26,576 nucleotides of DNA. It comes from a virus (Duplodnaviria; Caudoviricetes). The translations under genes and the position numbers were made by a program. A model generated the notes under the pieces. That model saw only the letters and a program-made list of their open reading frames with translations, was not told where the DNA came from and did no database searches. Every line of letters begins with the position of its first letter. Position 1 is the stretch's first letter. Positions 1 through 8,194 of the stretch are shown one piece after another. The stretch lies in IMG/VR virus record IMGVR_UViG_3300037420_000738, positions 1 through 26,576 of that record. One strand, given 5' to 3'.

Positions 1-1
1 C

Positions 2-283
2 TTCAATCAACATCTCGAGGCGATGTTGAACCGAGCACGAGCGGCCAACGCGGTTGATCGGGCAACTAAGATCTACGGCGACATGTTGGGTTGGTATGCC
101 CGGCTGGACAACCGTACGTCGCCGGAATGTCGCGAGGCCAATGGCAAGAACTTCCATGCCAGCGTCAGGCCGCCCATCGGTTATCCGGGGTCAGTTCACC
201 CGCACTGCCGATGCAAGCCCGGTAAGCCATTCCCGACCAAGAGCACCGTTTACGGAATTCAGCCGGAGAAGAGGGCATCATGA
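2..283 (+). CDS. C-terminal end of a MuF-like (SPP1 gp7 family) minor head protein, 5' truncated
   Basis: Frame is open from position 2; contains 'W.A..D.RTSPEC...NG' and 'PGSVHPHCRC', the MuF C-terminal metal-binding motif; lies upstream of the head protease. Confidence 0.8.
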   Translation, partial: FNQHLEAMLNRARAANAVDRATKIYGDMLGWYARLDNRTSPECREANGKNFHASVRPPIGYPGSVHPHCRCKPGKPFPTKSTVYGIQPEKRAS

Positions 284-2202
284 AGTGCGCAGTCTGCAAG
301 GAACCAGCGACCAAGAAGGTGGTCTGGGCTGACGGTCGGGCGTATCAGCCGTCCTGCGATGATCACGTCAAGGCGGTGCAGAACATGCTCACCACTAAGA
401 ACGGCAAGATGACGGAACTCGCCGGAGTCAAGGACCTGTCCGAGACCCTCGATCTGGTGTCGTCGCACGTCTATCCAGGCCTGGAGCGAAAGCCCGGTGG
501 GCCCGATAATTGGGTTGAAGTCGCTGGCGGTCTCCCCTCCTACATCGAGCGGATCGCCAAGCACCTTCACTACGAGAAGGGGATGACCATCTCCCGCGCA
601 ATCGCGGTCGCCGTCAACACCGTGAAGCGATGGGCGAAGGGCGGAACGGTTACCAAGCACGGCACTACTAAGCGCATCACCCCCAAGACCCAGGCGCTGG
701 CGGCTAAGGCGGTTCTGGAGTGGAACGCTAAGCGTCACGCTGGTGACTTGCGCATGTCCGAAGCGCTGCTCGACATCATCGACATGACCGACGTGACCGA
801 CGTGAGCGAGGAGTTCGTGTTCGACCTGGCCGACGCCGACATCCAGTCGACCTCTACGATGGTGGCGCTCATGCTGCCCCGGGACGTCGCTTCGAAGATT
901 GCCGTGGATGGTGGCGTTCCAGTTGACGACATGCACATCACGGTTCTCTTCAATGGTGAACTGGATGACCCTGCATTCGCTGATCTTGTGTCGAAGGTCA
1001 AGGAGTTTGGTGCGGGCTGGTCGACAGGCCCACTCAAGGGATCGATCGGCGGGATCGGCACTTTCCCAGCTGATCCGAATTCCGATAACGGTGCGCCGTG
1101 GTGGGTGCCGGTCGATGTTCCTGGCCTCAACACGATGTATGAGCAGTTGTCCGGCCTTGCCGGTCACGCTTCGGAACACGGCTATACCCCGCACTCGACG
1201 CTGACCTACGTCAAGGACGGGGAAACGCCACCCTCCCCGGTCGAGAGGACCCCGGTCGAGTTCTCGTCGGTGTGGGTGGTGAGGGGCAACGAGGAGCGCG
1301 TGGAGGTACCGCTGGGTCAGCAGACTGGTGCGGACCTCAGCGAGTGTGCTACACTATCCTCGATGAACATCGCCGATCTGGCCGCTCGGGCCAACGCAAT
1401 CGAGGACCCTGTCGCGCGGCACAATGCCCGACAGAAGGTCCTCGACCTTGCGTCGACGATTCCTCCCCGCAACGCTCGGGGCCGAGCCACGGATGGTCGT
1501 AAGTCCTTCAAGGGTCAGGGTAAGTGGAAGCACGGGTTCATTCCGGTTTCCGGTGCCGCTGCGGAAGCCAAGTCCAAGGGCTCTCCGATCGCGATGAAGC
1601 GAATGAAGCGCCTGTTCGGCACTCCGAGCAAGGACGCCAAGGGCGCGCCGAATTCGTTCCCCAACCGGTCTCGCAACCGGGTCGTAGCGGCCAAGGGCCG
1701 CGCTGGTTCTCGTTCCGCTGGTGGTCGCAAGCGCGATGCCAAGGCGGTCAAGATCGATGAGAAGGGTCATTCGGTCTCGGAGGGAGCCAAGGATGTCGGC
1801 TTCCTGCGAAACACCGAGTTCGAGCCCGGCAAGAACCGACCCGACGCGGCTCTTCCGACCGAGCAGAAGGAAGCAAGCAAGTCTTCCCGCATCCCGGAGC
1901 GTGCTCGTCAGAACTGGAACGAAATCCCGGAGACGCTCAAGACCGTCCGCAACGGTAAGCGGTACGTCGTTGCGGAGTTTGGTGGCAAACAGTACGTCAC
2001 CGAGTGGATCGGTGGAGTACGTCGGATCGAGGAGTCGGCGCTCAAGGACCGCAAGGTGATGCGCACGATCACGTCGGCTGACGCTGCTGCGATGTCAGTC
2101 GATGAGTTGCGGTCCATGCTCGCCAACCCGCGTACTCCGGAGTCGGCCAAGAAGACCCTCCGTAAGGCCCTCAACGTCAAGAACAAGGAGGCGGCGAAGT
2201 GA
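280..2202 (+). CDS. Multidomain head-associated protein with central 2H phosphoesterase domain (LigT/Acb1-like, often annotated RNA ligase)
   Basis: 640 aa. N-terminal CxxC...CxxH putative zinc finger; helical domain; two HxT motifs, 'MHITVLF' (HIT 934-942) and 'YTPHSTLTY' (HST 1192-1200); very basic C-terminal third. ATGA overlap with the upstream gene. Confidence 0.8.
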   Translation: MKCAVCKEPATKKVVWADGRAYQPSCDDHVKAVQNMLTTKNGKMTELAGVKDLSETLDLVSSHVYPGLERKPGGPDNWVEVAGGLPSYIERIAKHLHYEKGMTISRAIAVAVNTVKRWAKGGTVTKHGTTKRITPKTQALAAKAVLEWNAKRHAGDLRMSEALLDIIDMTDVTDVSEEFVFDLADADIQSTSTMVALMLPRDVASKIAVDGGVPVDDMHITVLFNGELDDPAFADLVSKVKEFGAGWSTGPLKGSIGGIGTFPADPNSDNGAPWWVPVDVPGLNTMYEQLSGLAGHASEHGYTPHSTLTYVKDGETPPSPVERTPVEFSSVWVVRGNEERVEVPLGQQTGADLSECATLSSMNIADLAARANAIEDPVARHNARQKVLDLASTIPPRNARGRATDGRKSFKGQGKWKHGFIPVSGAAAEAKSKGSPIAMKRMKRLFGTPSKDAKGAPNSFPNRSRNRVVAAKGRAGSRSAGGRKRDAKAVKIDEKGHSVSEGAKDVGFLRNTEFEPGKNRPDAALPTEQKEASKSSRIPERARQNWNEIPETLKTVRNGKRYVVAEFGGKQYVTEWIGGVRRIEESALKDRKVMRTITSADAAAMSVDELRSMLANPRTPESAKKTLRKALNVKNKEAAK

Positions 2203-3380
2203 CCACCATCCTCACTCCCTTCGACTTCTCCGAGCCGGTCAAGGCTGGCCGTCGCCGGTTCTGGAAGCAGATTCTGCCGGTCACGTCGATCGACTATAAC
2301 GGCCAGAAGGTAGACTTCGACCGGTCCTTCCACAAGGACCTCGAACTCTCTTTCAAGGACGGGGCTTACGATCAGGTCCCCCTCGTGTTCGCGGATTCCG
2401 AGAACCGGCACAATGAGGACCCCCGCAACTTCGCGGGCGAACTCCTCGCTGTGGAGAATCGTGGCGATGGTGGGACTTGGGGCCTGATCGAAGCCGATCG
2501 CGAAGGAGCCCGCGCGATCAGGAAGAACCCCCGGCTCGGCGTATCGGCCCGCATCCTGCAGGACGTGAAGAAGGCCGATGGTCGTACGTTCAAGCGTGCG
2601 ATCCGCCACGTCCTGCTCACCATGAACCCCCGCGTCTCCGGCATGGAGCCGTGGCAGGCGGTGGACCTCTCCGACGACGAGAGCACCGACATCGAGGTCG
2701 TCGATCTGACGGCGGAACACTACAAGGAGGAGAGCGACATGGGCCGCAAGTCCATCAAGCGTACCGCCGACGGCAAGATCGATCTGTCGGCACTGTCGGA
2801 CGACGAGTTCCAGCGGCTGCTGGACCTCGCGGCGGAGGTCGAGGAGGACGAGGACCTCGACGAGGACGAGGAGGAGGTCGACCCCGACGAGGTCGAGGAC
2901 ACCACGACCACTCCCGCCACCAAGAAGAAGCGGTCCAAGACCAAGATCACCGTCGAGAAGGAGTCCGAGAACGACGACGAGGACGACGAGGACGACGACG
3001 AGGAGAACGGTTCGACCGACCTCTCCGACGCCGGCAAGGTCAAGCGGTCCGCCGATCACGAGACCGTTCAGTCCATGCGCGTCGACCTCGCCGAGGAGCG
3101 GTGGAGCAAGCAGCGCGGGGACTACCTCCGCGACGGCGTCCCCCCGTTCCTCCTGGACCTCGCGACCCCGGTGCTCAAGCAGCCCGACGCCATGGTCATC
3201 GACCTCAGCGACGGCGACTCCATCGACGCCAGCGCCACCATCCGCAAGATGCTGGACGGCGCGAAGGGCCTCGTCGACCTGACCGACGAGAAGGGCCACA
3301 TGGTCGACCTCTCGGACGTTCACGCCAAGGAGGACCCCGACGCGGCGTTCCTCAAGGAGTGGGACGAGCAGTACGGCTGA
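2199..3380 (+). CDS. Capsid maturation (prohead) protease, Mu gpI-like, fused to scaffolding domain
   Basis: 393 aa; first ~155 aa carry Mu-I-like motifs ('VPLVFAD...H', 'AGEL', 'GVSARI', 'VLLTMNPRVSGMEP'); acidic low-complexity C-terminal half; position just before the capsid genes; SD AAGGAGG before the GTG. Confidence 0.8.
   Translation: MTTILTPFDFSEPVKAGRRRFWKQILPVTSIDYNGQKVDFDRSFHKDLELSFKDGAYDQVPLVFADSENRHNEDPRNFAGELLAVENRGDGGTWGLIEADREGARAIRKNPRLGVSARILQDVKKADGRTFKRAIRHVLLTMNPRVSGMEPWQAVDLSDDESTDIEVVDLTAEHYKEESDMGRKSIKRTADGKIDLSALSDDEFQRLLDLAAEVEEDEDLDEDEEEVDPDEVEDTTTTPATKKKRSKTKITVEKESENDDEDDEDDDEENGSTDLSDAGKVKRSADHETVQSMRVDLAEERWSKQRGDYLRDGVPPFLLDLATPVLKQPDAMVIDLSDGDSIDASATIRKMLDGAKGLVDLTDEKGHMVDLSDVHAKEDPDAAFLKEWDEQYG
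2739..3380 (+). CDS. Probable nested in-frame scaffolding protein (internal start within the protease gene), 213 aa
   Basis: AAGGAGG at 2724-2730 precedes an in-frame ATG at 2739 (MGRKSIK...); same arrangement as lambda C/Nu3 and Mu I/Z. Confidence 0.65.
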   Translation: MGRKSIKRTADGKIDLSALSDDEFQRLLDLAAEVEEDEDLDEDEEEVDPDEVEDTTTTPATKKKRSKTKITVEKESENDDEDDEDDDEENGSTDLSDAGKVKRSADHETVQSMRVDLAEERWSKQRGDYLRDGVPPFLLDLATPVLKQPDAMVIDLSDGDSIDASATIRKMLDGAKGLVDLTDEKGHMVDLSDVHAKEDPDAAFLKEWDEQYG

Positions 3381-3420
3381 CCGGACCCGGTAGCCTACCC
3401 ATCAAGGAAGGAAAAAGGAA

Positions 3421-3861
3421 ATGAGCGGAGTTCGCCCCCGTCTCTCCAACGCCGGTCCGGCCACCTACAAGGTCGGTGCCGCTGTCAAGGGTGGTCAGAT
3501 CGTGGCCCCCCACGCGACCCCCGGAACGGTCGGCCCCGCTGGTGCCGGTTCGCTGGTCGTCCTCGGCGTCGCGGAAATCGACGCCAAGCCGTTCACCAGC
3601 CCGGTCTCGACCGACGCGGACGGCTTCGAGGTCATCAACGTCAGTCCCCTCCCCGAGGAGACGGTCGCCGGTTTCGGTCGGTACGTCGTGACCTACACCG
3701 CCAACGCAACCTTCGGTCAGGCGCTGCAGTCCGGTGCCAACGGTGCTGTCACGCCGGTCGCCGCCGACGTCGACCCCCGGCTGATCATCGGGTACTGCGA
3801 CGAGCCGCTCGGCGTCACCGTCGCGACGAACCCCAAGGGTCTCGCCAACATCAGCCGGTAA
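3421..3861 (+). CDS. Capsid decoration/cement protein
   Basis: 146 aa, Gly/Ala/Val-rich, strongly C/G-ending codons, between scaffold and major capsid; purine-rich RBS. Confidence 0.7.
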   Translation: MSGVRPRLSNAGPATYKVGAAVKGGQIVAPHATPGTVGPAGAGSLVVLGVAEIDAKPFTSPVSTDADGFEVINVSPLPEETVAGFGRYVVTYTANATFGQALQSGANGAVTPVAADVDPRLIIGYCDEPLGVTVATNPKGLANISR

Positions 3862-3897
3862 CGGGCCGTCTGAACCTCTTAGAAAGGAAGGAAGACA

Positions 3898-4824
3898 ATG
3901 GGCACTTCTCCCATCGTCAGCGCAACCGACGGCCCCCGCATCACAGTGGCCGCGATGGTCAAGAACCCGACCATCATCCCGAAGCGGATCCTGTCGACGC
4001 TGGAGAACCAGTTCATCGCCGACTCGATCCTTCGCAAGCTGCCTCCGACGCAGTCCGGATCGTACGTCTACGAGGAGTCGACCCCGCTGTTCGCGGAGGG
4101 CGACGCTCCCATCGTGGGCGAGTTCGGTGAGATCCCGGTCATCAGCGGTCGGGTCGGCGCTCGCCGGGTCGCGGTCACCGTCCGTCGCGGTCTCGCGGTT
4201 CAGGTCTCCGAGACCATGAAGTCCCGCAACGACATCGACGCGGTGAACACGCAGGTCAAGCAGGTGAAGAACACCTTCATCCGGACGTGGGAGACCGCGT
4301 TCCTCAACGGCCTGCTCAACCACCCCGACGTGCACACGATGCCGACTACGGCCCCGTGGGACGGCGTCGGCTCCGCAATCCGCGAGGACCTCGTCGAGGC
4401 CACCGCGCTGATCGAGGACTCGTCCGTGGACGACCAGCCGGAGGACTTCTTCGGCTTCTCCCCGAACACCATGGTGATCGGGAAGAACGTCCGCGACGCG
4501 CTCATGCTGTCGGACGACTTCAACAAGGCGTACGTCGACAACATCAGCGACGAGTCGGTCCTGTACACCGGCAAGCTGCCGGGCCGGTTCTTCAACGTCG
4601 ACGCGTTCCTCGTGTCCCGGGAGATGGACCGGCTCGCGCCGGACTCCGCGATCCTCCTGGAGCGCAAGACCGTCGGTGGCATCGGGGACGAGCGTCCGCT
4701 CCGGGCGACCCCGATGTACGAGGACAAGCCGCGTGAGACGTGGCGGTCCGACATCACCCGTCAGTCCGCGATCGTGATCGACCAGCCCAAGGCGGCCTGC
4801 GTCATCACCAACGTGCTGACCTGA
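3898..4824 (+). CDS. Major capsid protein (HK97 fold, lambda gpE-like size)
   Basis: 308 aa; 'VGEFGEIP', 'RRGLAVQVSETM', 'FSPNTMVI', terminal 'IDQPKAACVITNV' typical of major capsid proteins; strong codon bias; position. Confidence 0.88.
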   Translation: MGTSPIVSATDGPRITVAAMVKNPTIIPKRILSTLENQFIADSILRKLPPTQSGSYVYEESTPLFAEGDAPIVGEFGEIPVISGRVGARRVAVTVRRGLAVQVSETMKSRNDIDAVNTQVKQVKNTFIRTWETAFLNGLLNHPDVHTMPTTAPWDGVGSAIREDLVEATALIEDSSVDDQPEDFFGFSPNTMVIGKNVRDALMLSDDFNKAYVDNISDESVLYTGKLPGRFFNVDAFLVSREMDRLAPDSAILLERKTVGGIGDERPLRATPMYEDKPRETWRSDITRQSAIVIDQPKAACVITNVLT

Positions 4825-4861
4825 GCCGGCTTCTTCGGAACCTGAGAAGGGAGAACGCGAA

Positions 4862-5332
4862 ATGAGCGGCAAGCAGCACATCCTGCTGGCGGAGGCCACG
4901 CGGATCGTCGTCAAGAACGACAAGGGGATCGTCACCTTCCGCAAGCGGTACAAGCGGGGCGACGTCCTGGATGTCGAGCACATCGACCCCGCGCACCTGC
5001 AGAAGCTGATCGACTCCGGGCACGTCACGGACGGTACCGAGGAGGTCACGGACGACGCGGACGCCGATCTGGCGGCCGACGCCGCCCGGGTGCGTGCGGC
5101 GGGTTCGACGGGCGGCACCGGTGACCTCGGCACCAGCAGCACGCAGTCCGATCAGGACGAGGACGCGGAGGGCGACCGGTACGACGGAATGTCGTACGCC
5201 GACCTCCAGGCCGAGGCGAAGCAGCGCACCGGGAACGGTGGCGGTTCCGCCGAGGACCTGCGCGAGCGGCTCCGTGAGGCCGATGCGGAGGACGACGAGT
5301 CCGAGGACGACGAGGAGGGCGACGGCGAGTAG
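4862..5332 (+). CDS. Acidic head-associated protein with C-terminal SAP/HeH-like helix-extension-helix
   Basis: 156 aa directly after the capsid gene; 'YDGMSYADLQAEAKQR...G.AEDLRERL' resembles SAP/Rho-N type motifs. Confidence 0.55.
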   Translation: MSGKQHILLAEATRIVVKNDKGIVTFRKRYKRGDVLDVEHIDPAHLQKLIDSGHVTDGTEEVTDDADADLAADAARVRAAGSTGGTGDLGTSSTQSDQDEDAEGDRYDGMSYADLQAEAKQRTGNGGGSAEDLRERLREADAEDDESEDDEEGDGE

Positions 5333-5360
5333 CCGTCGCTCGTAGGCGCGGGGGTCAGCA

Positions 5361-5903
5361 ATGTACACGTACTGCACGATTCGTGACGTACGGGCTGCGC
5401 TGACCCCCGAAGCCTCCCCGGCTGACAAGGAAACCGCGTCAGGTTTCGCGGACTGGCAGATCGAGGATGGCATCGAAGAGGCGGAAGGCATCGTGAACGC
5501 TCACGTGCTGGCCCGCTACAACATTCCTACCGGCGAGGTTGAGGTAGTCAATCCGGAAGATCCCATGGAGACATGGGTCTGGATCGTTGCTCCCTCTCCG
5601 GTTCGCGGTTGGACGCGTGACATCGCCGCTTGGCTGGTGACGCTGACGCATCGCAAGAGCAAGGACATCTCGGAGGACGACCCGGTCCGTCTCCGTTACC
5701 AGATGGTGCTGGAGATGCTGGTCGCGATCCGCGACTACAAGGGGTCCCTTCCCGGCTCCGTGTTCCCTCCCACCGACGAGGACAGCCAGAACAGCGTCCA
5801 CGTCGAGAACATGTACGAAGGCAAGCTGTTTTCCCCGGAGGATTTCGGGCTCGGCTACGGTGCGCCGTATCAGGGGCCGCAGGTTTATTGGCCGGTGAGG
5901 TAA
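5361..5903 (+). CDS. Head-to-tail adaptor (Mu gp36/DUF1320-like)
   Basis: 180 aa; 'YCTIRDV', 'IEEAEGIVNAHVLARY', 'RDIAAW', 'RYQMVLEML' match the adaptor pattern; position. Confidence 0.75.
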   Translation: MYTYCTIRDVRAALTPEASPADKETASGFADWQIEDGIEEAEGIVNAHVLARYNIPTGEVEVVNPEDPMETWVWIVAPSPVRGWTRDIAAWLVTLTHRKSKDISEDDPVRLRYQMVLEMLVAIRDYKGSLPGSVFPPTDEDSQNSVHVENMYEGKLFSPEDFGLGYGAPYQGPQVYWPVR

Positions 5904-5904
5904 T

Positions 5905-6351
5905 ATGGCCAAGAAGGCATTGGACGGAATCCAGGACCTGATCGACCGGACTGGCGGCAGCAAAGTCAAGGCCACCGTGACGGTCGATCAGCCATATGCA
6001 CAAGACCAGCACGAGACCTTATACTACAAGCACCCTCGAGGCGGTCAGGCGAAGTACCTGGAAACGCCACTATTCTCGGACCACCCGAAGTGGCTGCAGA
6101 AGTTTGCGAACCGGCTCCTGATGAACGGGACTGACGCTGCAGATGAATGGGCCGACGTGGGCCGTAGCCTCAAGAACGAGGTCCCCAAGACTGCTCCGGT
6201 GGAGTTCGGGGATCTACGACAGTCTGCTGCCCTGCAGGTCAAGGAGGGCGGTTCGATCATCGTGAACGAACCGGCAGCGCAGCCCCGACTCACTGAGGCT
6301 GAGTTGGACGCTAAGGATTACATGCGTTCGATGGGTGTGAGTTACCGATGA
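5905..6351 (+). CDS. Neck/tail-completion protein, HK97 gp10-like (apparently circularly permuted)
   Basis: 148 aa; motifs 'PYAQDQHE', 'GGQAKYLE' and 'APVEFGDLRQS'. Confidence 0.65.
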   Translation: MAKKALDGIQDLIDRTGGSKVKATVTVDQPYAQDQHETLYYKHPRGGQAKYLETPLFSDHPKWLQKFANRLLMNGTDAADEWADVGRSLKNEVPKTAPVEFGDLRQSAALQVKEGGSIIVNEPAAQPRLTEAELDAKDYMRSMGVSYR

Positions 6352-6767
6352 GGACGTACAAGCAGATGAAAGCGGAGGTCCGGCGTATCCTTGATGCTGC
6401 CGGTTACACCGACGCCCTCATATACCTTGGTCCCGATCTGCGCGACTACCCGAACGAATATGTCCTGCTCACGCCTTACGGTGGTCCTGGGCTGGAACTC
6501 GACGGCGTGTTGGACGCGCGGTCGTGGCAGGTGCGGGCTGTAGGTTCGCAGATGGACGACGATGACGATTCGACGGCTGAGGGTATGGCCGACGCTATCG
6601 ACATCGCATTCGTGTCCCATTATTCTCGTTCGGTCGAGGGTGTGTGGGTCGCGAGCATTCAGCGGGTGGGTGGCGCTCCCTCCTCGTTGAACACGAACGA
6701 CGATGCCAACCGTGCACATTTTGTGTGCAGTTACACCGTCAGTGTAGAATTGGCGCTACCCAACTAG
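6348..6767 (+). CDS. Tail terminator protein
   Basis: 139 aa; 'VLLTPYGGPG', 'WQVRAVG', 'D.ANRAHFVCSY' pattern; two genes upstream of the major tail protein. Confidence 0.7.
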   Translation: MRTYKQMKAEVRRILDAAGYTDALIYLGPDLRDYPNEYVLLTPYGGPGLELDGVLDARSWQVRAVGSQMDDDDDSTAEGMADAIDIAFVSHYSRSVEGVWVASIQRVGGAPSSLNTNDDANRAHFVCSYTVSVELALPN

Positions 6768-6782
6768 TAGGAAGGAAACACG

Positions 6783-7070
6783 GTGTCTGACATCAACGAC
6801 GGCTTCGGCGATGCCGAGCCCTTCGTCGACCCGACCGAGGCGCTCGCCGCTCTCGCGACGACCGACGAGCCCGACGCCACCGTCGCTCCGGAAGGAACCG
6901 TGCGGGTGGCCACGCGACGTGGCTACAAGTTCATCCTTCCGAACCCGGGTGACGGCGAGGACCTCGTGATCGGCACGGAGCCTGTCCGGGTTCCCGAGGC
7001 CACGGTCGACGAGCTGATCAAGGCCAGCAACGGGCGGCTCTTCGTCGTCCCCGAGGACGAGGAGGAGTGA
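6783..7070 (+). CDS. Small acidic hypothetical protein in tail region
   Basis: 95 aa, GTG start with AGGAAGGAA upstream, strong codon bias, fills the gap between terminator and major tail genes. Confidence 0.75.
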   Translation: MSDINDGFGDAEPFVDPTEALAALATTDEPDATVAPEGTVRVATRRGYKFILPNPGDGEDLVIGTEPVRVPEATVDELIKASNGRLFVVPEDEEE

Positions 7071-7073
7071 CCC

Positions 7074-7673
7074 ATGGCTGGTGACTTCTACAACGCCGAC
7101 AACGTGGTCGTCGGCCACGCGATGCTCATGCTCACGCCGTGGGTCAAGGGTGCCGTGGAGCCGATGCCTGCCGACGCGACTCCGCTGTTCGCCCCGGACA
7201 ACGCGGCGTGGACCGACTGGCTCAGCGTCGGTGCGACCAACGAGGGCTTCAAGGTCAACGTCGAGACCTCCACCACCCAGATCACCATCGAGGAGCAGTC
7301 GACCCCCGTGGGCGAGACCGTCGAGTCGAAGGCGATCGGCATCGAGGCCGCGCTGGCTGAGGCCACGATGGAGTCGATCCGCTACTCGTGGGGTGGCGGC
7401 GACATCGTCACGACCGCTGCCGCGTCCGGTACGCCGGGCACGGAGAAGATGTCCCTCACGGACGACATCGAGTACTACACCGCCTGCCTGGAGACCCGGA
7501 ACTTCAACGGCTTCGCGCGGCGGCTGTACATCCCGAAGGTGAGCGCCACCGGTTCCGGTGAGGTCTCCTTCCGTCGTGCGTCCGACAAGCAGATGTTCCC
7601 GGTGCGGTTCGCCAGCCTCTGCAAGCCGAGCGACATCGAGGTCGTCGACATCACGGCAGCCCCGCTGCCGTAA
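7074..7673 (+). CDS. Major tail (tube) protein
   Basis: 199 aa; 'W.SVGATNEGF', 'LAEATMESI', 'RRLYIPKV...GEVSF' typical of siphovirus tail tubes; SD GGAGG; strong codon bias. Confidence 0.85.
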   Translation: MAGDFYNADNVVVGHAMLMLTPWVKGAVEPMPADATPLFAPDNAAWTDWLSVGATNEGFKVNVETSTTQITIEEQSTPVGETVESKAIGIEAALAEATMESIRYSWGGGDIVTTAAASGTPGTEKMSLTDDIEYYTACLETRNFNGFARRLYIPKVSATGSGEVSFRRASDKQMFPVRFASLCKPSDIEVVDITAAPLP

Positions 7674-7717
7674 CCCAGCAACAACTCACCCGGCACAGCG
7701 AGAAAGAAGGTAACAAC

Positions 7718-8194
7718 ATGGCGAAGTTCGTCCCGTCCCAGCACGTCGAGACCCTGGAGTACGACTTCACTCAGTACGGCGGAAGCGAAGGGGTCATCCC
7801 GGAGCCGACGACCGGCAAGGTGAACGGGTTCTTCAAGGCCACGAAGGATATGGTCAAGGAGGTCAACGCCCTGCGGGGCGTGATCGAAGACGTCGAGGTC
7901 GAGAACATGTCCGACGAGGACATGATCGCTCGCATGGCCAAGATCGACGAGGCCGAGGAGGCCAGTTCGGAGTTCCAGAAGCGGACGATCGAGAACCTCG
8001 CGATCCTCTGTGGTGCGGAGCGCCAGTACAACGCCGACCACGAGGAGCGCGGCCTCCCCGAGTACAACGTCGTCGGCGGTTCGCCCTCCTTCCAGGACTT
8101 CGAGAAGCTGCCCTTCCGCGTCCTGCAGGCGTTCAGCCAGTGGCTCATGAACGAGATCCGCCCAAAAAGGACAACCCCCGGTACGAAGCGCTGA
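7718..8194 (+). CDS. Tail assembly chaperone (gpG analog)
   Basis: 158 aa between major tail and tape measure; slippery heptamer near the 3' end. Confidence 0.85.
   Translation: MAKFVPSQHVETLEYDFTQYGGSEGVIPEPTTGKVNGFFKATKDMVKEVNALRGVIEDVEVENMSDEDMIARMAKIDEAEEASSEFQKRTIENLAILCGAERQYNADHEERGLPEYNVVGGSPSFQDFEKLPFRVLQAFSQWLMNEIRPKRTTPGTKR

Noticed and set aside
2477-3424. 315-aa Arg/Gly-rich alternate-frame ORF
   Set aside because: Off-frame reading of the Asp/Glu-rich scaffold in high-GC DNA; no independent support.
1908-5142. Long minus-strand ORFs (1908..3323, 471 aa; 3352..5142, 596 aa)
   Set aside because: Antisense shadows of strongly C/G-biased head genes; no RBS, no recognisable motifs, composition mirrors the sense codons.
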